Counted from the first letter of the stretch, positions 1 through 14,469 are shown. The stretch: DNA of 64,000 nucleotides from the human T2T-CHM13v2.0 reference genome, Homo sapiens (GCF_009914755.1 NC_060935.1), one strand, 5' to 3'. Notes: generated by a model from the letters alone, not told the origin. Made by a program: numbers and translations.

Positions 1-146
1 TAGCTTTGCACCTGTGGAAGAATACAATTGCATATCTGCCCTTGAGACCACTATGCTGTACAGTCTGTCAAATGTGTCTCCAAAACAATTAGAAACCATG
101 CAAAGCAGCACATAAATAAATACTTATCTGCTATGATGGAGACTGA

Positions 147-420
<274 letters not shown>

Positions 421-491
421 GAGGTTATGCTTTTAAAGAGCAAGATAGAAATGGTTCTTGGGAAAATAACTACAGAAAGAGTTGGTTTCCT

Positions 492-800
492 GGCCGGGTG
501 CGGTGGCTCATGCCTGTAATCCCAGCACTGTGGGAGGCCGAGGCGGGTAGATCACTTGAGGTCAGGAATTCCAGACCAGCCTGGCCAACATGGTGAAACC
601 CCGTCTCTACTAAAAATACAAAAATTAGCCGGGCGTGGTGGCGGGCACCTGTAATCCCAGCTACTCAGGAGGCTGAGGAAGGAGAATCACTGGAACCCAG
701 GAGGCGGAGGTTGCAGTGAGCTGAGATCACGCCACTGCCCTCCAGCCTGGGCTACAGAACGAGACTCCGTCTCAAATTAAAAAAAAAGAAAAAAGAAAGA
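492..800 (+). mobile_element. AluS, full length
   Basis: GGCCGGGTGCGGTGGCTCA start, A-rich tail, TSD GAAAGAGTTGGTTTCC. Confidence 0.95.
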
Positions 801-929
801 AAGAGTTGGTTTCCACTGTTTCAAGACTAATGGAAGAAACTGTTCTCATGAAGAATGGGAAGGACAACCTATAGACTCACAGGAAGCTAAGGGGTAGGGT
901 GGGAACCTTGCCTGAGTTAAGAATAAGGA

Positions 930-1035
930 AACTAGGCAAATTCCTCTCTGCAAAATGATGGTAACACTACTGCCTGCCTCATGGTGGTGAGGATTAGAAC
1001 AGTGTCTTGCAAGTAGTAAGCTCAATGTCAGTGTT
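930..1035 (+). mobile_element. MIR fragment
   Basis: Core-like CTCTGCAAAATG...GTGAGGATTA...AGTAAGCTCAAT. Confidence 0.55.
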
Positions 1036-2274
1036 CACTACACTACTACTGTTTTCGTTCTTAGGTGAACTGTTTTACTTTGGGACTGGCTAGAGGTGGG
1101 GGTTGGGGGACTGGCTTATATTATGGTGTCTTAGGTTAGTGACTGAAACACACTGACAATCTTTGTTCCTGGCAAAGCAACACTATGCTCTCATTTCAAT
1201 CCCACTTATAAATTCTGCAATGGAAAAAATGGAGCTGGCCCTTAGGGAACTCACTATAGGGGCCTGAGACTTGGGCCATGCTCTCACTAAACCCTCTGGC
1301 GGAAGACCTTCGGGCCACCCAGCCCCACCTGGAGGTGGAAGGTGATTAAATGGATGATCTCACCCGGTCCCTTTTGAGAGGGCCTGAGTCTGTGATCCTG
1401 TAAACAGACTCCTATGCATTGCAAACCATGGGCGTTTTTGTGGATTGTTCTTTGTTCAGAAAAAGCCAGAGCAGTTTTGAGAAGTCTGCAGAATGTTAGA
1501 GCTGTCACTTCTAAAGTAACGTAACGCTGTCTGTTACCCCACCTATCAGCAAAGCAAAGCAAGGTATATGTCTCCATGAGTCAGGGTTTATTTAATATTC
1601 ACAACCCCGGCAGTTTTTTGACTGATGAAAATATTTTGCAAACAGAACCTGGTCCTGTTTTTCTCCTCACTCTTTCCCCCTGCCAAATGTAGAGTGAGAG
1701 GTTGGCAGAGGCAGTGCTAAACTAGTAGGGCTGAGGAGATACTATCTCCGTCTCCTTGTAACACAAAACATTTATTTTGCTGGGAGTGAACACAAAATTG
1801 AAAAGGGGCCAAGATTTCTGGGAGCAGGAGGTTTGGTTTTCCCCCTGGCTGGACTGCCTGGTTTGTTGACTTTCTGCCTTTGCCACCCCCTGAGCCACAC
1901 ACCAGCCTTACCTAAGACATAGACCATTACAAAGGCAGCTCTAGAAGCACCAGACTACCCCCACCCCAGCTCCAGGGGAGAGGACCAGCCATTATTCAGC
2001 AAATGAGTCAGCCGTGAGTGACAAAGCCAGGCTTGGTGACTCCCTTCCCCACTTGTTGCCTTGCCCTCTAGCTGTCTGTCCAGGGACCCAAAAGCCGAGT
2101 GATGGATGTCCCAAATGCAGACACCACTCGGAGACCCACCCGGCAGCTAGGCAGACATAGCAGGCACTTTGCTGAGGGCCTAACTCCCATGCTGCAGGAT
2201 GACTGTATATCAAGATCTGTGATCACTGCGGAAGTCTCATTTTCCCAGACTTGGTTCCGCAGCTGTGCTGCCTT

Positions 2275-2462
2275 CAGATGCTGCCTTGGTTGAAATCCTG
2301 GCTCTTACTAGGTATGTGGCCATGGGCAGGTTATTTATCTTTCCCATGTTTCAATGTCCTTATCTTCAAAATAGGGATAATAATAGCACCTTTCTCCTAG
2401 GCTGTTGTGAGAATTAGACCAGCACGCTCACCATAGGTATTAGTTATGTGAGTACTATTACT
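2275..2462 (+). mobile_element. MIR
   Basis: TGAAATCCTGGCTCT...AAAATAGGGATAATAATAGCACCT...TTGTGAGAATTA core. Confidence 0.75.
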
Positions 2463-2740
2463 GTCAAAGGTAAGGTAGGAGTATAGTTTCCTCTTATACT
2501 CTCAGCTTCACAGTGCCAGAGTCATTGACACCTGCTCTCAACTGCCTCGCTGTGCCCTCAACGCTCAGCCCTGGTGCCTCTGCCAGGGCTCTCTGCATGA
2601 AGAGTCGCCTTCCCCTTACATCAGGGCTGGCTTTGTGTTGTCTCTGAAACTTCTTGGACCTTGCCAGCGTGTTCTTTGGTCCTCTTCTTACGTGGAACTG
2701 CCAGTATCAGTGTGCCACTGAGCCTCAGTCTGTTCCATGA

Positions 2741-3067
2741 TTTGTTTATTTTTAAATTTTATTTTATTTTATTTTTAGAGACTGGGTCTCACTCTGTGGC
2801 CCAGGCTGGAGTGCAGTGGCATGATCATGGCTCACTGCAGCCTCAAACTCCTGATCTCAAGTGATCTGTCTGCCACAGCCTCGCGAGGAGCTAGGACCAC
2901 AGGCACTCACCACCATGCCTGGCTAATTTTCTCTCTCTTTTTTATTTTTGTAGAAATGGGAGTCTGTGTTGCCCAGGCTGGTCTCAAATTCCTGGCCTCA
3001 AGTAATACTCCTGCCTCAGCATCCCAAGGCACTGGGATAACAGGCTTGAGCCACAGCGTGCCTGGCC
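2741..3067 (-). mobile_element. AluJ
   Basis: Antisense Alu with J-type motifs (ATCATGGCTCACTGCAGCCTCAAACTCC) and high divergence. Confidence 0.9.
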
Positions 3068-3206
3068 TATTTAAAACCTTTTCTTTCAAGAAAACAGAAG
3101 TATCTTAGGGGATTTAGAACCATACTACTATGGTCCTGCTTCAGAAAATCTACTGTCTCTTTATGTATTTTTTCATCTAACTCAGTTTTGTTGTGCATTG
3201 TTTAGG

Positions 3207-3512
3207 TCAGAGTTGTTTAAGCTCAGCACTATTGATATTTTGGGCCAGATAATTCCATGTGGTGGGGACTCTCTTGAGCAGTTGAGAATGTTTAACGGCA
3301 ACCCTGGCCCTCCCCCCACTAGATGCCAGTAGCACCCACTCCTCTGGTTGTGGCAAAATATCTCTAGACATTGCCAGTGTCCTCTGGGGTAAGGTTGTCA
3401 GATTTAGCAAGTAAATTTGATATCAAAATTAGCAAATATATTTGATATCAAAATATATTTTATCTGGCAGCCTTCCTCTGTGGGCAAAAATCACTCCAGG
3501 TTGGGAACCACG
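3207..3512 (-). mobile_element. MER20 (hAT-Charlie MITE), interrupted by MER53
   Basis: Matches the reverse complement of recalled MER20 consensus (CCACTAGATGCCAGTAGCACCC, TCTCTAGACATTGCCA, GGTTGGGAACCAC). Confidence 0.85.
3390..3475. mobile_element. Internally deleted MER53-like hAT MITE
   Basis: Termini AAGGTTGTCAGATTTAGCAA and TATTTTATCTGGCAGCCTT; 8-bp TSD CTCTGGGG / CTCTGTGG. Confidence 0.75.
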
Positions 3513-3534
3513 GGTTTAAATACCCTACACGTTC

Positions 3535-3685
3535 ACATTCATTTACTCACATGATAACTGCGTCAGGTAGTTACTAGCAACCCATTCTAAAGATGAGGAA
3601 ACTGAGTCTTGAAGAAGGAAAGTGGCTTGCCCACAGTCACCCAGGTCGATGGCTCATTTCAGTGCTCTTTCCATTTTATTACAGT
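3535..3685 (-). mobile_element. MIR
   Basis: CCCATTCTAAAGATGAGGAAACTGAG...TTGCCCACAGTCAC. Confidence 0.75.
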
Positions 3686-5104
3686 GGCCCAACAGAGCTC
3701 AGCCTCTTGCAATATCTTCCTTGTTTATGAACATTCAGGAGGCTCCATTCCAACCCTTCTGGGCTGATGCTCTGATGATTGGGACATCGATTGTGTGAAG
3801 GGCCAAACTAGACATTGTCCTACAAACCTCTCCACCTCACACAGCTCTGAAAACGTTTCTTGGAGAGGAGGCAAAGGGAGAGGAAGGGAAAGGAACAGCA
3901 GGGGGTGCAGGGTCCCCGCCTCCCACAGCTCCGCAGCCAAAGCCTGGAGAGACAAAAGGCAGTGCGGCGCAGGGGTGATTATTTCCCTTGCTCTATCACC
4001 CAGCTCAATGGGGCATTCTGGATGCCTGCCCTCCGATGCCCAGGGGCCTTATTAACAGACCTCAGCTGTTGCCCAAAGCCCTTACCTCACCCAAGAGGGC
4101 TCTATTTGCATGATAATGCCCTCCTTGGGGGAATTATTGCTTAATTAAAGAACAGCAATCACTTTAATTAGCATGCCTCCTTGCTCCCTGGTACTTTGCA
4201 TGGATTCAAATGAGCTCCTCATTAGGTATTGGCACTTGGACAAATCGAGGGCCTCTGGCTGGGAAGGGAGGCTCCCAGGGCAGGCAGCCCCAGCCGGGAC
4301 CTCAATGGCGGGGAGGCCCAGCCCTGCCAAGAACACAACCCCGGCTTTGTGAAGGGAATGGCAGACAGGGCCTGGGCCAGCACCCTTTGAGGCCCACAAC
4401 AGGGCACACAGGGGAGGGCCAGGCCCTGGAGGGTGGTGTTTGCAGGCGCCGGCCAAGGGCTCTCTCTTTGCCTCTGTCCGCTTGAGCTACACCCCCCTTT
4501 CAGCTCTTTTGCCATTGGCATTTAGCTGTATTACACCATCCTCCTCCTCCCGTAAGAATGTTTGGAGCCTTTCTCCATCAGTCCCCGCTACACCCATGCG
4601 CACCTGGCTCAGTCTCAGTGCCCCTCAGACTCTTCACTCCCCGTTTTGGAGTGCAGTTTTCTCTTCTAACTGGTAATGTAGGAGGATGGCACATAAAACA
4701 AAACAAGCAAACAAGAAAACACACCTGTCTTCATCCAGAGATGGTATCTCTCTCCCAGGGCAAGATCACCCTGCTCTTTAGCTTCTCTCCCCTGAGATCT
4801 AGAAAGAATCCAGGAACAACTCCACCCACAGACCCCTGAGCTGCATTTCCAGAAATAGGGGCCACTGTGGATTCTCACCACCACAACTCACCCTCCCCCA
4901 ATCATTAATAAAACCTAGGTTATTTTGTGGGCCACCGAACTACTGCTTTCAGCACATGGAGTCCGACGCCGACCTAATTATACTTTGATATTTCTCTTGA
5001 TCTCTGTTAGAGTAGAGCAACTGGCTCCCCTCCAGGAAGAATCTTCTTCCTCTGCCTGGATGTCAGTGTACCTAAAATCACCTGACTTTTGTTCTCCTTC
5101 CTAC

Positions 5105-5176
5105 CTCTGTCTCTCTCTCTTTCTCTCTGTCTCTCTATCTATCTCTTACACGCACACACACACACACACACACTCT
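5105..5176. repeat. Compound (TC)n/(CA)n microsatellite
   Basis: Directly visible dinucleotide runs. Confidence 0.9.
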
Positions 5177-5463
5177 CCACGGAGAAGGTAAAAATGTCTC
5201 TAGGTTTGTATTCAAGAGATCTGGTTTCCAGTCTAAGCTTAGCATCCAGGGAAGAAGCATCTTTCTCAACTCTTTTCTGGAGTTTTCAGGAAGAGAGAGA
5301 ATAGCTCCAGGCTGCCACCCCAGAGAGACCCAAAGCAGCCCTGACTCAATCCAGGACCTTCCTCCACAGCCCCAGCAGGTGCACATTCAGTCTCTCAGGC
5401 AGCTCCAGCTCCAGCTCCCTCACCTCCAACCTCCCCCGCAACCCCAGTGAGCCAGCCTGGGGC

Positions 5464-5517
5464 TCCCCTATCTTTAGAGTCTCCGCTTTCCCCTATCTTT
5501 AGAGTCTCCGCTTTCCC
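5464..5517. repeat. Perfect 25-bp tandem duplication
   Basis: TCCCCTATCTTTAGAGTCTCCGCTT x2 followed by TCCC. Confidence 0.95.
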
Positions 5518-6275
5518 TGTGTGAGAGGAGAATTCCACCAGAAGAGGAGGGAGCTGGGAGCTATGTCAAGGGCTCAAGCTGGAGAGCCGTGGAGGGGAGT
5601 GGAAGCGGGGAGCTGGTGGTGGTGTCTGGGGAGAAAGGAACTCACTCCCCTCAGCATCATCCTGCAGAGAGAGTAACAGCAAATCAGAGGTAAATCCACT
5701 TCCTGGCAGGAAGCTGAGCCTGAAACCAGATGAAGCCACAGTGGTTCAAAGGCAGAGTGACACTCAAACAAGAGAGCAGCCCTTAATCCCCCATAGAAAG
5801 ATGAGAATGGCGCGCTCAGGCCCAGGAGGGAGACCGTGCGGCTTTGTGTAAGCAGGATTGAAAACACAGCCCTATTGAAAGGCTGGGACTTCGAGACACA
5901 GACCCTGAGGGCCAGTTGCCAAGTTGAAGGCAGCCCAAGGCTGCCAGCTTTCACCTCTTTAGTTCTGGCCTTGGCAGTAATGAGGTGAAGGGCCGGGACT
6001 TTTAACTGGCTAGGTCAAAAAGGTTTCCTTATTAGACAAACAGTGTGGGCTGGGGGTGGGGGGTGTATTGGTGTCTAAGCTTAGAACCGATAGCTTCCAG
6101 AAAAAGAGGCAGAGCCAGAGGTCTGTCTCCTCACACACCTGCCTCTCCTGCCGAGCCAGCCCCTGGATCTTCACCTCTGTCCCAGCCTGCTCCTGCCCAT
6201 CCGCACCAGGCTTGAGGAGAGGACTTGAGGAGGTGTCAAGAGGGCCAGAAGAGGGCCCAGCGAGCTATGGAGTGA

Positions 6276-6605
<330 letters not shown>

Positions 6606-7689
6606 GAGGCTGCTTCTTGACCTATAGGTCAGCGCCTGTGATAAGGCAAACTTGGGGAGAACAGCCCTGTCCGGTGGGTAGACAGCCTGCAGCAGTGAGC
6701 GCCCCCTTTCCTGGGTGGCGGCAGAACAGCTCCGTGCGCAGCTGCTGTCCCCAGCACTGCCCTGGCATCAAAGGCCCACACCCTGCTTGTGTCTCTAAAG
6801 CTGTTTGTCAACCAGTGCTCTACAAAGACCTCAAGTTTAGAAGCTGGTGCCTGGGGGACCAAAAGACAGGGTGTAGGGGGTGTAGCGGAAGAGGATTCCC
6901 AAGCTGAGTGAAAGGATTTCCTATCCCCTCACTCACACATCTCAACCAGAGCAGCTTCTTTTTATTGACTTGCCATATCTTCCATGTAAGATTTCATCCA
7001 AGGAGACAATTACAGAACCCAGAGAGTTGAAAAAGCACTGTCCTACAAGGTGAGAAGGTGCTCTGGAGGGGAGACTCATACTTCTCTAGTTTCATAACAA
7101 TATCTTTGCACAGTTAGCATCCAAATATAATTCATTAAAGAAGTGCTTCTTAAACACCTTATTCACATGGCCACTAGTTCCACAGAGTATTGGTGGCTTG
7201 CAAAGAGATGCATGCACTAAAGCAGGAGTAAGTCCAAATAAGAATGAATAACTAGGATCACAGAAAATATACACGAAATGAAATCAAGACTAGGGAAGAG
7301 AAACACACATACACGGGGGATAAAGTCCTGCATATTTGCTGTTATTGGACTCCAGATTGGCTTCTGAGCTTCCCTGAAGGCAAATCTGGAGAGGAAAAGA
7401 GAGAGGAAAAAAAGGAGACAGACAGACAGATGTCTGGAATCTAATTCTCTTTACCAGAATGAAGGAAATATACCAGCGTGTCAGGCTAAGCAAAATTTTT
7501 TCCAGCTGTAAGTTTTAGAAGAAATTTCTCACAATGAAATTCGTATAGGCAGTGCTGAGTAACAGGATTGGCAATGTCTTTAGTTGACACCCTACAGTAA
7601 TAAGACTCCGTTGATGAGGGTACAAGATAAAATGGCCCAAAAGAATGGTCTTGTATCACTTTAGTTTGATCTAAGCATAACCCATCCAT

Positions 7690-8155
7690 TTTAGTTTGGG
7701 TTCCCCTAGAAGCAGACCTGGAGAAAGGGATTCAAATACAAGTCATTTGTTTGATCTCAGTAAACACTAGTAGGAGAGTGGGCAAGTGAGACAGGAAAGG
7801 AAAAAAGGCCCCCAAAAAGGTGTGTTACCAAGCTAGTTCCTACTAAGGGAATTAAAGCTCATCCCCACTGAGGAATTCTGGGAGTGTTGAACAGCCTCTG
7901 AATCATCCTACCTGAGGCGGGGAGGGAGCTGGGGCATATATACCAACTCCCATCAATCACTGGTTGAGGGCTGCTCTAGGAGCATGAATTCCCTGGTGTG
8001 TCTGGTTTACCACATATGTGGGCAAAGCAGGCTGCAGCAGGCAAAGAAAGGCCTCAGAAAAGTGATATAGAAGCTGGCAATCGGAATGTCAGCCAGCATG
8101 CCCCGAAATGGTACAGGCCAAGGAGGTGCCGACAGGATGCTGACAGCATCACATC
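7690..8155 (-). mobile_element. LTR16-family (ERVL) solo LTR
   Basis: GGGTTCCCCTAGAAGCAGACCTGGAG...CATCAATCACTGGTTGAGGGCTGC resembles antisense LTR16 consensus. Confidence 0.65.
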
Positions 8156-8203
8156 AGCTTGGGGACCCATGGTGACACCCTAGCAGGAGCAGCCCCAGGA
8201 CAC

Positions 8204-8290
8204 AGAGGTTGCAGCGAGCCAAGATCGCGCCACCACACTCCAGCCTGGGTGACAGAGTGAGCCTCCATCTAAAAAAAAAAAAAGAAAAAG
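8204..8290 (+). mobile_element. Alu 3' fragment
   Basis: AGAGGTTGCAGCGAGCC...poly-A; no clear TSD. Confidence 0.9.
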
Positions 8291-8394
8291 AATGACATTC
8301 TGGTTTAGAGTTTTTATAATACTTTTATAATTTAAAAATTTGGAAAATGTTTATAACGACATTTCTGCCAGGAAATACTTCCTGTAGACTCTGA

Positions 8395-8845
<451 letters not shown>

Positions 8846-9329
8846 CCCCCTCAATCTTCTATTGGTTTAGACAGATTCGTTCACAACCACAGATAGTAAA
8901 TCAATGATCAATAATGGAGTGGCTGAGCTTGAAAACTCCAATTGCTCCCCATGTAAAAATATCGACCTGGGGAAAAAAATGGGTTAAAAGAGAGCGTGCG
9001 CAATTTTATTAAATACAAATTACTTCACTTTATTCCTGTAACAGAAAGAATATTCCATATCATTAAATGCTGCCCCTAAAAGGTGAGTAAGAAGAAAGCT
9101 AAAAAGAAGTTGGAGGGTCTTCCTCCAGTTAGAGTAGAGTTTCTGAGCGTTGGACTGTTATCGAGGCGCTGAACCTTGCACTGGCTGTTGTCCGGTTTCT
9201 CTCCAAAACCTGGTTGAGACCACCGGTATTTGAAAAAGTTGGGGTAAGGGGCATTCTGGTCACTGATACTATGAACCTAACCCAAGTATGAAGCCTAAGG
9301 TATTCTGCTTTAATGGGAAGGGTATGAGC

Positions 9330-9518
9330 CTTATAACCTCCACCTTCTGGCTGTGTGGCCTTAGCAAAATCATTTAACCTTTCTGTTCTGTCATTTGTTA
9401 AAAGAAGATAGTAACAACTTCCTTACAGGCTGTTAGGAGAGTTAGAGATAATGCATGCAAAATGCTGGCCCTGTTTCTGATATGTAGTAAAGGCACAGTA
9501 AAAGAAACTATGATTATC
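9330..9518 (+). mobile_element. MIR
   Basis: TGTGTGGCCTTAGCAAAATCATTTAACCTTTCTG...ATAATGCATGCAAAATGCT. Confidence 0.7.
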
Positions 9519-9718
9519 TAGTAAGACCCATCTCTACAAAAAATAAAAATAAAAAAATAGCTGGTCATGGTGGTGCATGCCTGTAGTCAGTCACAGCTAC
9601 TCGAGAGGCTGAGGTGGGAGGATCGCTTGAGCCCAGGAGTTCAAGGCTGCAGAGAGCTATGGTCACACCACTGCACTCCAGCCTGGGAGACAAAGTGAGA
9701 TCCTGTCAAAAAAAAAAA
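9519..9718 (+). mobile_element. 5'-truncated AluJ
   Basis: Linker plus right arm with GGATCGCTTGAGCCCAGGAGTTCAAGGCTGCA, then poly-A. Confidence 0.9.
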
Positions 9719-10474
9719 GGAAGATGAAGAAACTGATTTTCATCACCAAATGAGGAGTTCTTTAAATGGAGATGGGATACATCTTCTGTTTGACATGACA
9801 TAGGAGTATAATCAGGGGACCTTGGGTTCAGATATCTAATCATGCTCAAAAAGACTTAAAGTTATAAATCAATCTAGCAATTCAAGAGTACATTTACAAT
9901 TAACTTTCCTCAAAGAGCCATCAGAGCATTGCTCCAAGCTAGATATTCTAAGAGAACATTTTTGAGATCTTTCTATGGCTGTGTATGGTCGTTGGCTGGC
10001 AACATTCCCCTCTGAACATCAAGGCCCAAGTAATTTGGATCATTCTTTATGGCCAAGCTTTTCAAATAAAGTTTCTATATCCTGAGGGAAACATCCAATA
10101 TGCCACAGGGTGTGTGAAGCCACAGGATAAAAATGGCTCTTAAGAAAGAGGATCCTTTTGGTTAAAGACCTTTAGGGAAAACTTTAAGTAATTTAACAAG
10201 TAATTTATCAGAAGTATATTATAGATTATAAAAATATTTTAAGATGAAATGTGAGAATTTGAAGGAATTTCATGCTCATGGCCAGCGACATCCGGCGTGA
10301 GTCTCAGGCTCTTGGGGCTGAGCAGAAGGTTCTCATTATTGGAGGGCAATTGATCCCGGAAAATGGCCACTTACAGTGAATCCACTAAAAACGGGAACCA
10401 AATATTTCATAGTAAATAATAGCGAGAAAAGTGTCTATTAGAATTTTATATTGCAAATTAAACCCCCAAAAATA

Positions 10475-11008
10475 TGTAAAGCAAGCTGCTTACGGCAAAG
10501 AACCCCACCCTTCCTCAAATGACTTAGATTAAGACTTTACCTATGACAAGGCCAGTCACAGACCCTCCAGAGTCCCTTGCTCTGCCTCATCAATGATTAG
10601 CTAAGCTGCTTGTCTCCACGGATCAATTGGGACAAAATGCTTGTAACCAAACTTCATTGAAGAGTTTCTTTTTCAAGGCCCCTGGACTTTGGGCACCCTC
10701 AGCCTGAGCCAGCAAACAGCCCTTCCTGACAAGAGGCAGGCCTCTGGGTCAAACAGCCCCTGCCTCACTGCCTGACCCTGCTGCCCCATCACCCACCCCC
10801 TTCCCCACACCTGCTTCTTTCTAGCCTTGTTTACTCTTCCCTAGAAAGGAAAAAAATTCCTGTCTGCCTTATTCTTAAGAAGCTTTCAGAAGGATGGTCA
10901 GGGCCTTCTCCCTATTGCAATAGTCCCTTCCCCTCCCCCAGCCTTGCAATAATTCTCTTTGGATAAAAGTCTACTCTTACCAAGTCTGGATTTGTTTTTT
11001 ATTCGACA
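10475..11008 (+). mobile_element. ERV1-class solo LTR (MER31/MER67 group)
   Basis: TG...CA ends; 3' part CCCTATTGCAATAGT...GGATAAAAGTC...TTTGTTTTTTATTCGACA. Subfamily uncertain. Confidence 0.65.
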
Positions 11009-11169
11009 AGAGTATAATTTATCATATAAAGAGTAGTTTTATATATAACTTGTATGTAGACTCTATTATATATAGTTATATATTTATTGTGTATTTGTTA
11101 TATGTCTACTCTTTCAAATAGTAGTTATATATTTATATACTATGTTACATATTTTTAATATATAAGCAA

Positions 11170-11458
11170 TTTTTTTTGAGAGATGATCTCCCTCTGTCAC
11201 CCAGGCTGGAGGGTAGTGGCAATCGTAGCTTGCTGCAGCCTCTAATTCCTGGGCTCAATTGATCCGCCTGCTTCAGCCTTCTAAGTAGCTGGAACTACAT
11301 GTGTGTGCCACCACGCCCAACTAATTTTTCTAATTTTTTGTAAAGACAGAGTCTCACTATGTTGCCTAGGTTGGTCTTGAATTCCTGGCCTCAAGCAGTA
11401 CTCTTGTCTCGGCCTCCCAAAGTGCTGGGATTACAGGTGTGAGCCACCACGCCCAGCC
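11170..11458 (-). mobile_element. AluJ
   Basis: Antisense diverged Alu within TA-rich sequence. Confidence 0.9.
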
Positions 11459-11672
11459 TAAAGCTACTCTTTATGTGGTAAATTATATGTGTGTGTATAA
11501 ATTCATTCAAGTTTCATGATAACCATATAATAAAGTCCATATTCTTGTTTTAGCTTTAATTTAAAAATAAGAAAGCAGTCTCAAGAAACACTTGCCCAAT
11601 AGGTGAAGTAGGGATCTGAAACCAGATCTTCTGTCTTTAAATCCTGGCTTACTCTTGCTACACAATCACTGA

Positions 11673-11973
11673 TTTTTTTTTTTTTTTTAGACAGAGTCTT
11701 GCTCTGTTGCCCAGGCTGGGGTGCAATGATGCGATCTTGGCTTACTGCAACCTCTGCCTCCTGGGTTCAAGAGATTCTCCCTACCTCAGCCTCCCGAGTA
11801 GCTGGGATTACCGGCACCTGCCACCACACCTGGCTAATTTTTTTTTGTATTTTTGTACAGACAGGGTTTCACCATGTTGGCCAGGCTGGTCTCAAACTTC
11901 TGACCTCAGATGATCCACCCGCCTCCGCCTCCCAAAGTGCTGGGATTACAGATGTGAGCCACCGTGCCTGGCC
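11673..11973 (-). mobile_element. AluS
   Basis: Full antisense Alu; TSD approximately TCACTGAT / TCACTAAT. Confidence 0.95.
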
Positions 11974-12774
11974 TCACTAATCTTTTCTGAAAGTGGACAA
12001 GACGCAAACACTAAGCTTCACACCATAAGGGAGAGTGCTTGCCTCTGGCCTTTCCCGTCTCTCAGGCCTGCCCTGATGTGCTTACTCACATGCACTGTGA
12101 CGGTTGTTTTTGTTTGTTTGTTGCCCCAGTGTATGCAGCTGTGCTGGTAATTAAGAACATTCTGTGGTTACGATGGAGGACAATCCCATGTGACGCCTTT
12201 AGCACAGAGACCAGCATGGAGTCAACCCTCCATGCATACTAGTGTCAACACTGGGCACCATGCTGGATGTGTTATTGAAGTCACATTTGGCCTAGTTCCT
12301 AGTTCCAAGTGGATGTGAGGTTTGACTTAGTTACTGCACTGGATCTCCCAACAGTTTAATGAGCCAGGTGGAAGTGAGGAACGAAGACCTGAGTGTTTAT
12401 CCTTTGGTAGATTGGTCTGTGTTTCCAATAACCAGTAGTGACATGTGGTTACCACATATTAGAGACAAAAAGAATCCTGCAAGTTATGTACTATTATATT
12501 CATTTTTGCAGAAGAAAATAATAGAAATTAAATAATTTGCCCAACATACAGGAGAGCTCAGTCTACTAGACTCTTAGGCTCTCCCTCTTTTTTTCCTCCT
12601 CCTCCTCCTGTTCCTCCTTGTATCTTTTATCACATTCTCTTAATCAGAAATTTTCAAGCACATAGTTTAAAGACACCAAGAGTTCTGCAAGACTTGATAA
12701 GAAACGCAACAGCCCCCTCCATCACTCCCCCTCTCCCCACCAATTCTTGCTCCTCAGGAGTAACCTTCTCAACC

Positions 12775-13135
<361 letters not shown>

Positions 13136-13246
13136 TAAATAGCAAGCTTATATCGCTACTGCTTAATTTTCCAATGTTAACCATTTCCTAGATTTTTCTT
13201 AAGTTAGGCCTTTGTCTATTTCTCGTTAGGAAAAGGGAGGATTTCA

Positions 13247-13644
<398 letters not shown>

Positions 13645-14469
13645 TTAGATCGTAATTTTCATTAGATCAACATTCAATATTTACTTTATCATGAATACAT
13701 AAACGCTACCCACAGCCAAGTCGTGAGTGTACAATGATTATTTTCCCTCTGCGAAATTTTCCTCCTAGAGTTAAAAATCGTTTGGTTTTGTTTGTTTAGT
13801 TTTCTGTATATTTATTGCTGGTGTATTCCCAAACTCTCCCCAGATTGAGTAATCTCGTTTCAATTCCCTCAAATATTGAGATGACTTAGTCTATCTGCCT
13901 CGTTTTCTCCAGGAGATCATCCCTGGATCTTCTGGCTGGGCCAGTCTGCACTGGTTGTTCCCAGGGTCTGTTACAAAGCTGGTGGCTTGAGATCTCCCTT
14001 TACTATGTTATTGGAGCTTCCCGTTCCCTTGTTTCGGGGTCCTCTTTGTGCTGGGTGACATGTCTTCCTTCTTGGTGGAGCATATCCTTTGCAGTGGAAT
14101 CCTGAGACAGTGCATGACAGACAAAATATGGACACATGGCACATATCTGAAAATGTCTCCATTCTGCTCTCACATTTGATTGGGAGTTTAGGTGAGTAGA
14201 AAATTCTACCTCGGAAGTAGCTGGCCTTTCTCCATTGTCTTCTAGCTTCCAGTGCTATTCTGATTCCTTGGTATGAAATTTGTTTATTTTCTCCGGAACC
14301 TTGTAGGATCCTCTCTTTGTTGCTAATATGCTGAAATGTCATAATTTACTTTCTTTGGGTGTTGGTTTTCTTCATTGATTATTCTGGGCACTTAATGGGC
14401 TCTTTCATTCTGGAAACTCATGTCTAAGACTAGGAAAATGTTCATGAATTATACCTTTGATCAGTTGAT

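Noticed and set aside
1249-1261. ACTCACTATAGGG, the 3' part of the T7 promoter
   Set aside because: The upstream TAATACG is absent and there is no vector context; treated as a chance match.
4947-4970. TTCAGCACATGGAGTCCGACGCC, a REST/RE1-like motif
   Set aside because: Only the left half matches; the GGACAG half-site is missing.
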